DNA of 64,000 nucleotides. Source: Syntrophorhabdaceae bacterium (GTDB lineage: Bacteria; Desulfobacterota; Syntrophorhabdia; Syntrophorhabdales; Syntrophorhabdaceae). The position numbers and the translations under genes were made by a program. Below are positions 57,986-64,000 of this stretch, one piece after another (the first letter of the stretch is position 1; every line of letters starts with the position of its first letter). The stretch is from positions 2,240,001 to 2,304,000 of the forward strand of contig OY762209.1 in NCBI GenBank assembly GCA_963665295.1, written 5' to 3'. A model generated the notes under the pieces. It searched no databases. It saw nothing but the letters and a program-made list of their open reading frames with translations, and was not told the DNA's origin.

Positions 57986-60211
57986 CTATACCGGTACTTT
58001 GTGCAAACCTGTAGCTGCCATGATCCGTTCTCGAAGTCTCGTGTATCGTTTCTGGGGTTTGTTGTTTTTTACTGCTATGGCGAGGGCTTTTCTGGTGCCT
58101 ACGAGGACTACGAGTTTCTTTCCCCTTGTGATGCCCGTGTAGAGGAGGTTCCTTTGGAGGAGCATGTAGTGCTGGGTGAGGACGGGTATGACTACCGCGG
58201 GGTATTCGCTGCCCTGGGATTTATGGACGGATATGGCGTAGGCGTGGACGATCTCGTCGAGGTCGATGAACTCATAGGCGGTCGTTTTTCCATCGTAATC
58301 GACGCTTACTTCCTGTACCTCGTTATCTATCTTCACTACCGTGCCGATATCCCCGTTATACACGTCCTTATCGTAGTTGTTCCTTATCTGCATGACCTTG
58401 TCGCCTACCCTCAGGGTCTTGCCTCCCCTTGTAAGTTCGCTTCCCGACGGGTTTAGCTCTTTTTGCAGTTCCACGTTCAGGTTAGCCACACCGGCCACGC
58501 CCCGGTGCATGGGGGTGAGTACCTGGATATCCCTGACCGGGTCAAGGTGGTACCTGAGGGGGATCGTCTCCTTGCAGAGTTTTATGATCTTCGCAAGGGC
58601 TTCTTCGGGTTCTTCCACGGTGAAGAAATAGAAATCGTGGATATGGTCGTCGTCATGGGTGGTTACGGGCATCTGCCCGCTGTTGATCCTGTGGGCGTTC
58701 ACGATAATCATGCTCCGTCTCGATTGCCTGAATATCTCATTGAGTCTTACCGTGGGCAGGCACTCCGCTTCGATGATGTCCTTGAGGACGTTTCCGGGGC
58801 CGACGGAGGGCAACTGGTCTACGTCACCCACGAGGATGAGGGTCGACTTGACGGGGACGGCCTTGAGAAAATGGTGCATGAGAATGGTATCGACCATGGA
58901 CGTCTCGTCGATGATGATGAGGTCAGCTTCAAGGGGATTGGTCTCATTCTTTTTGAAGCTTCCGCCCGAGGGGCTGAATTCGAGGAGACGGTGGATTGTC
59001 TTCGCTTCCTCGCCCGTGGCTTCCGTCATCCTCTTGGCTGCTCTGCCCGTGGGCGCGGCGAGGAGCGTCTTCTGGCCCATCTTGTGGTAGATCCGTATGA
59101 TCGCATTGATGATGGTGGTTTTGCCCGTGCCCGGGCCGCCGGTTACGATCATTACCTTGCTGTTCACGGATGTCCTCAACGCATCGACCTGCTGGGCCGA
59201 GAGGCCGATGCTCAAGTCCTTTTGGACCCATTCTATGGCCTGATCGAGGTTGATAAGCCTCAATTGCTTTGGAAAATCGACGAGGGTCTTGAGACGGTTC
59301 GCGATGCCCGACTCTGAAACGTGGTACTTGGCAAGGTAGACGGGAACGAGGTCGGCTTCCGGAGGGGGCTGACCCGGCAGGACGGCCTGTTTCTCGATGA
59401 CGATTTTTCTCTCGGAGGCGATCTTTTCGAGGGCCGGGGGAATACTGCCCTCCTCCACTTCGAGGACATCGCCGCACTTTTTGACCAGGGGACCGTAGGG
59501 GTAATAGACATGTCCCTCGTCGGCAAGTTCGTGGAGCACGTAGAGGATACCCGCTTCCGCCCTCATGGGTGAATCCTTGGGCACGCCTATCTTTTCCGCG
59601 ATCCTATCGGCGGTAAGGAACCCGATACCGAAGATATCGGTGGCAAGGCGGTAGGGGTTCTCATTGACGATCTTCACCGATTCTTTTCCATACTGTTTGT
59701 ATATCTTTACCGCATAGGTGGGGCTCACGCCCTGGCCCTGGAGGAATATCATCACGTCGCGGATGTCCTTCTGTTCCTCCCAGGCGGTTTTAATCATTTC
59801 GACCCTTTTTTCGCCTATGCCCTGGACTTCCTGGAGCCGCTCGATGCTCTCCTCTATAATTTCGAGGGTCCCTTCCTTGAATTGGGAGACGAGCCTTTTT
59901 GCCATGACGGGGCCGATGCCCTTGATCATGCCGGAGCCGAGATATTTCTCGATCCCCTTTGCCGTTGCGGGAAGGACGGACTGAAAGGAGACGACCTTGA
60001 ACTGCTCGCCATATCGCGGATGGCTGTCCCAGTATCCGCTCACATGGACCATTTCGCCGGGACTGAGGGAGAACAAGGTCCCTACGATGGTGACAAGGCC
60101 GGCCCTTCCCTGGGCCTTCATCTTGGCGATGGTGTAGCCGTTCTCTTCATTGGCATAGGTGACCCGTTCGATCTGACCTTTGATATCGAGATGGGTCCGT
60201 CCTTTTTCCAT
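57986..60211 (-). CDS. recD2: RecD2-like ATP-dependent DNA helicase
   Basis: N-terminal OB-like region, HhH (IKGIG, VQGIG), ENPYRL, GGPGTGKTT, DETSM, HKSQGSEY. Confidence 0.93.
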   Translation of the reverse strand: MEKGRTHLDIKGQIERVTYANEENGYTIAKMKAQGRAGLVTIVGTLFSLSPGEMVHVSGYWDSHPRYGEQFKVVSFQSVLPATAKGIEKYLGSGMIKGIGPVMAKRLVSQFKEGTLEIIEESIERLQEVQGIGEKRVEMIKTAWEEQKDIRDVMIFLQGQGVSPTYAVKIYKQYGKESVKIVNENPYRLATDIFGIGFLTADRIAEKIGVPKDSPMRAEAGILYVLHELADEGHVYYPYGPLVKKCGDVLEVEEGSIPPALEKIASERKIVIEKQAVLPGQPPPEADLVPVYLAKYHVSESGIANRLKTLVDFPKQLRLINLDQAIEWVQKDLSIGLSAQQVDALRTSVNSKVMIVTGGPGTGKTTIINAIIRIYHKMGQKTLLAAPTGRAAKRMTEATGEEAKTIHRLLEFSPSGGSFKKNETNPLEADLIIIDETSMVDTILMHHFLKAVPVKSTLILVGDVDQLPSVGPGNVLKDIIEAECLPTVRLNEIFRQSRRSMIIVNAHRINSGQMPVTTHDDDHIHDFYFFTVEEPEEALAKIIKLCKETIPLRYHLDPVRDIQVLTPMHRGVAGVANLNVELQKELNPSGSELTRGGKTLRVGDKVMQIRNNYDKDVYNGDIGTVVKIDNEVQEVSVDYDGKTTAYEFIDLDEIVHAYAISVHKSQGSEYPAVVIPVLTQHYMLLQRNLLYTGITRGKKLVVLVGTRKALAIAVKNNKPQKRYTRLRERIMAATGLHKVPV

Positions 60212-60502
60212 ACATAATAGTATCTCAATTTACGGACCAATTGAAAGTCTAATCGGGCGTTAGAAAGAGGGGAGAAGAAGGGGGCAGCGGCCTGTTTACG
60301 CCTGTTGGATCCTTTACTTAAGCCGATGTGGTAAATTCATAAAGATCGTTAGTGCCCTTTCGCTCAGAAAAGTGGTATACTATAGTTACGGTCGATCTCA
60401 GCTTCGTTGCTCCGCAGCTACTCGCGGGTCGGCTGATACGAAATACAATCGCCTTTCGACTCCGGACTGATTAACCGCTAAACCTTCTTAGAGGAGTGAC
60501 TG

Positions 60503-60871
60503 ATGTCAAACGTAGCAGAGTTTATTGAAATAAGAGAGAACATAGAGGCACTGGCCAGGCAGATTACCACGTGTCTCGAACAGGTTGTAGTTCAGGATGC
60601 GAGGCAGCATCTCGAAGAAGCAAACAAGCAGTTGGAGGTACTCAAGGGCATGGTCGACAATGATGTTCAGGTGATTGTGTCCGGCCGCCTTTCAAGGCAA
60701 CTGGCGAGCCTGGGAGCCAAGGTCGAAACCATGGCGACGAAGAGGCCGGCCAGAAAGACCCCGGCGGCAACGAAATCGACGGGCGCAAAGACAGCGGGAA
60801 AGAAGTTGAAAACGCCTGCCAAGCCTGCCAGCACGGAGCCTCCCGAGATAGTGGTGTTCGAGCGTCCCTAA
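60503..60871 (+). CDS. Hypothetical helical protein with K/A/P-rich tail
   Basis: GAGGAG RBS, host-like codon usage. Confidence 0.65.
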   Translation: MSNVAEFIEIRENIEALARQITTCLEQVVVQDARQHLEEANKQLEVLKGMVDNDVQVIVSGRLSRQLASLGAKVETMATKRPARKTPAATKSTGAKTAGKKLKTPAKPASTEPPEIVVFERP

Positions 60872-61096
60872 GGTGCAACGAGGCAGGTGAAGCCTCCCTG
60901 CCTGCCATACCTTCATGCTGAGTTTCGTGCTGCGCGCACGGATTCGTGTATTGTTATTTTCTGCTCCTTACGCTACAATAATTATTGTATATGGGGTATT
61001 CGCTCCTGGTGCTGATAAAAATGGGACGCGGCATCTTTTGGCAGGGTTACTCCCAGCCGTGACCCGGTCGTTTACCCTGTTACCATAAACCGGAAG

Positions 61097-63232
61097 ATGA
61101 TCAGACTTAACGATATCGTTGAAGAAATATTAAGATATAACCCCAACGCCGACATACCTATGGTGGAGAAGGCGTATATATTTTCCGCCAAGGCCCATAA
61201 GGGCCAGACGAGGCTGTCGGGAGAGCCCTATCTCATCCATCCCCTGGAAGTTGCCTACACCCTGACGAGAATGAACCTCGACGTGCCGAGCGTGGTCTCC
61301 GGGCTTCTCCACGATACCATCGAAGATTCCTATGTGAGCAAGAAGGAGATCGCGGAGTACTTCGGGAAAGAGATTGCGGAGCTTGTGGACGGGGTGACCA
61401 AGATCAGCAAGATCCAGATGATGACCTCGGAGGACACGAGGGTAGAGAGCTACAGGAAGATGATCCTCGCCATGAGCAAGGATATAAGGGTAATCCTCGT
61501 AAAGCTGGCCGACCGTTACCATAACATGAAGACCCTCAACTTTCTTTCCCGCGAGAAGCAGGTGGAGATCGCGAGGGAGACCCTTGACATCTATGCGCCT
61601 CTTGCCCACAGACTGGGTATAGAGTGGCTCAAAGGGGAACTGGAGGATGAGTCGTTCAAGTACCTCAAGCCCGTGGAATTCGATGTCATAAAAGAAAAGA
61701 TCGCCAAGAAGAAGAGAGAGCGGGACGCATACATCAGCGAGGTGAAGGAACTCATACGGACGAGGCTCGCCGAGGTAGGGGTAAAGGCGGATGTTTCGGG
61801 ACGGGCAAAGAGACTTTACAGCATCTACAAGAAGATGATCCTCGAAGGGGTAAACATCGACGATATCTACGATATTACCGCCTTTCGGATTATGCTCGAT
61901 TCGGTAAACGAGTGTTATGAGACCCTGGGATACGTACACGCGTTCTTCAAGCCCATTCCGGGGAAATTTAACGATTATATAGCCCTTCCCAAGGCAAACA
62001 TGTACCAATCCCTTCATACCAAGGTCGTGGGACCCTACGGAGAAAAGATAGAGATCCAGATAAGGACCCACGAAATGCACAGGCTGGCGGAAGAAGGCAT
62101 CGCGGCCCACTGGAAGTATAAGGAAGGGAAGGTCTTTAACGCGAAAGAGGACAAGATCTTCGCGTGGCTCCGAAGGATCATAGAATGGCAGCAGGAGTTG
62201 AAGGACAGCAAGGAGTTCATGGAGATCTTCAAGATCGATCTCTTCCCCGACGAGGTCTACGTGTTCACCCCGAAGGGCGACGTGAGGGAACTCCCGAGAG
62301 GGGCGACCCCCGTTGATTTTGCCTACGCGATCCACTCCGACCTGGGCCACAAGTGCGTGGGCGCAAAGGTGAACGGCAAACTCGTGCCCCTTCGCTACGT
62401 GCTCAAGAGCGGTGACATAATAGAGATCCAGACCAACCCGACACACAAACCGAGCAAGGACTGGCTGGGCTTTGTGGCCACATCCAAAGCGAAAACGAAA
62501 ATCAGGCAGTGGATAAAGACGGAGCAAAGGGAAAGGAGCATTGAGCTGGGCCGGACCCTTATCGACAAGGAACTCGTGAAGCACGATATGAGCTTTACGA
62601 AGATGATGAAGTCGGGTGACCTCCTTACCATCGCCAAGGAATACAGCTTTGAGACTGAGGAAGACCTTTTCGCGAGTGTAGGTTATGGGCTCTACACGCC
62701 CCTTACCGTGCTCGGCAAGATCATACCGGAAAGCGAGAAACCGAGTAAACTGAAGAGCATCATCAGCACGATCAAGAGGAACCGTGACACTTCGATCAAG
62801 ATCGAAGGCGTTGACGGGCTCGTGGTGAAGCTCGCCCACTGCTGCAATCCCATCCCCGGAGACAAAATCTTCGGTTTCATTACCAGGGGCCGCGGTCTCA
62901 CGGTGCACGTGGACGACTGTCCGAATGTCCATACCTTCGATGACCAGAGGAAGGTGGAGGTATCATGGGAACTCAACAAGGACCTCACATACCCTGTGAA
63001 GCTCCGCATACTGGGGGACGACAGGAAGGGTCTCCTCACTGAAATAAGCAGTATCATGTCGTCTTCGAAGATAAATATCCGGAGCGCCAAGGCCATGTCC
63101 TATCCGGACAGGTCGGCGGCGGCCCTTTACGAAATTGACGTGGGTCACATGTCTCAACTTCAGAAGTTAATGAAATCAATACAGAAAATCAAGGGTATAA
63201 GGACGGTAGAGAGGCTTAGGGGAACAGTGTAG
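61097..63232 (+). CDS. spoT: Bifunctional (p)ppGpp synthetase/hydrolase (RelA/SpoT)
   Basis: HD motif LLHDTIED, YQSLHT, EIQIRT, GIAAHW.YK, TGS, CC.P.PGD, ACT. Confidence 0.95.
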   Translation: MIRLNDIVEEILRYNPNADIPMVEKAYIFSAKAHKGQTRLSGEPYLIHPLEVAYTLTRMNLDVPSVVSGLLHDTIEDSYVSKKEIAEYFGKEIAELVDGVTKISKIQMMTSEDTRVESYRKMILAMSKDIRVILVKLADRYHNMKTLNFLSREKQVEIARETLDIYAPLAHRLGIEWLKGELEDESFKYLKPVEFDVIKEKIAKKKRERDAYISEVKELIRTRLAEVGVKADVSGRAKRLYSIYKKMILEGVNIDDIYDITAFRIMLDSVNECYETLGYVHAFFKPIPGKFNDYIALPKANMYQSLHTKVVGPYGEKIEIQIRTHEMHRLAEEGIAAHWKYKEGKVFNAKEDKIFAWLRRIIEWQQELKDSKEFMEIFKIDLFPDEVYVFTPKGDVRELPRGATPVDFAYAIHSDLGHKCVGAKVNGKLVPLRYVLKSGDIIEIQTNPTHKPSKDWLGFVATSKAKTKIRQWIKTEQRERSIELGRTLIDKELVKHDMSFTKMMKSGDLLTIAKEYSFETEEDLFASVGYGLYTPLTVLGKIIPESEKPSKLKSIISTIKRNRDTSIKIEGVDGLVVKLAHCCNPIPGDKIFGFITRGRGLTVHVDDCPNVHTFDDQRKVEVSWELNKDLTYPVKLRILGDDRKGLLTEISSIMSSSKINIRSAKAMSYPDRSAAALYEIDVGHMSQLQKLMKSIQKIKGIRTVERLRGTV

Positions 63233-63348
63233 GTCCCATGCGGCCCGCCTCCATACCATTACAACGGGGGCGAGACCGGGAAAGCCGAAAACTCCTTTCA
63301 AAGGGGAATTTTGCCTTTTTACTTCAGAGGCTGCCCCGAACACATAAA

Positions 63349-63371
63349 GGACGCCCCTTTGACGGGCGTCC
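63349..63371. terminator. Hairpin between convergent spoT and rpmB
   Basis: GGACGCCC / GGGCGTCC stem. Confidence 0.5.
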
Positions 63372-63412
63372 CATGTTATCGATGAAGGTGTGTGAACGAA
63401 GGCGGTGAGGAA

Positions 63413-63604
63413 TCAGACTGCTTTCTGGAAGTTGCCCTTCTTGATGCACTTGGTGCACATTCTTGTCTTCTTCACTACGCCGTCTTTTACTATCCGAACG
63501 CTCTGCAAATTAGGGAGCCACTCCCTTTTTGTCTTGTTGTGTGCATGGCTTACATTACATCCGACCTGTTTTCCCTTACCGCATATCTCGCAAACTCTTG
63601 CCAT
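63413..63604 (-). CDS. rpmB: 50S ribosomal protein L28
   Basis: [10 protein letters not shown]...[16 protein letters not shown]...CTKCIK. Confidence 0.96.
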   Translation of the reverse strand: MARVCEICGKGKQVGCNVSHAHNKTKREWLPNLQSVRIVKDGVVKKTRMCTKCIKKGNFQKAV

Positions 63605-63684
63605 TCGTGCCTCCCTTTCCTGTTGCTGAAGGATGAATTCTACCCGTATTCACGCCGAAAGTCAACATGTTTTCGCGGGTCCCC

Positions 63685-64000
63685 TTACGGCAGTGCCCCT
63701 TCGCCTGATAGTGTGGCGGTCCTTGGCGAGTCCGGGTCATCCGCTGAAGAGACGGACAGGACGGCGGTTTTCGCCCCCGCGCTGGTGGGCGCAAAGACTA
63801 CCTGGATCGTGCAGGACTTTCCCGCACCCAGTGTCTGACCCGTACACTTGTCCTTGGCCGGGTTGATGAGGAACTGGTCGGCATTTGTGCCGGTCAGTTC
63901 GATGGAGTCTATGGAAAGGGGTTGCTTCCCGTAGGTGGTAAGGTCCTTTAATGTGAAGGTGGCCGACGATGTCTTGGTGGTCTTGGTCTTTGAATACTTC
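63685..64000 (-). CDS. 3' end of a secreted protein with an Ig-like ASH/choice-of-anchor D domain (partial)
   Basis: Manual translation ...LSIDSIELTGTNADQF...CTGQTLGAGKSCTIQVVFAPTSAGAKTAVLSV...TLSGEG*; not in the ORF track. Confidence 0.75.
   Translation of the reverse strand, partial: KYSKTKTTKTSSATFTLKDLTTYGKQPLSIDSIELTGTNADQFLINPAKDKCTGQTLGAGKSCTIQVVFAPTSAGAKTAVLSVSSADDPDSPRTATLSGEGALP

Noticed and set aside
60370..60490. Possible riboswitch or ncRNA upstream of 60503
   Set aside because: Some pairing potential, but no recognisable family consensus; cannot be supported without an Rfam search.
61130..62932. Long antisense ORFs (e.g. 600 aa opposite spoT, 434 aa opposite the MFS gene, 458 aa opposite the sulfatase)
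   Set aside because: Shadow frames of GC-rich genes with no recognisable motifs.

Overview
Bacterial genomic window, probably from an anaerobic aromatic-degrading Desulfobacterota/deltaproteobacterium (inferred from gene content). Left third: two paralogous benzoate-CoA-ligase-family genes, each behind a perfect sigma54 promoter, flank a PAS kinase/NtrC pair. They are followed by an aromatic-acid MFS transporter, a TPR protein, a PIF1-WYL helicase and a UvrD helicase. About 15.7-31 kb: a minus-strand cluster with Mla/Pqi ABC genes, DUF3313, FadL, DUF1254 and a Ser-type sulfatase whose maturase gene has decayed, plus a FixL/FixJ-like regulator set. About 31.4-57.8 kb: an AT-richer, IS-riddled accessory island (IS630, IS3, IS1634, IS21, tandem IS66, IS91 remnant). 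Its most interesting part is an intact, translationally coupled five-gene operon: DNA adenine MTase, HAD phosphatase, a GGDEF / PRTase-like loop / divergent thymidylate-synthase fusion, SAM MTase and a second DNA adenine MTase, with no nuclease. This is a candidate undescribed nucleotide/DNA-modification or defence system. The island also holds a broken lasso-peptide-type RiPP cluster (precursor, kinase, sulfotransferase), an OLD-family nuclease and a REase-nSTAND3 NTPase. Right end: recD2, relA/spoT, rpmB. All calls are from motif recognition by eye; no database searches were run.
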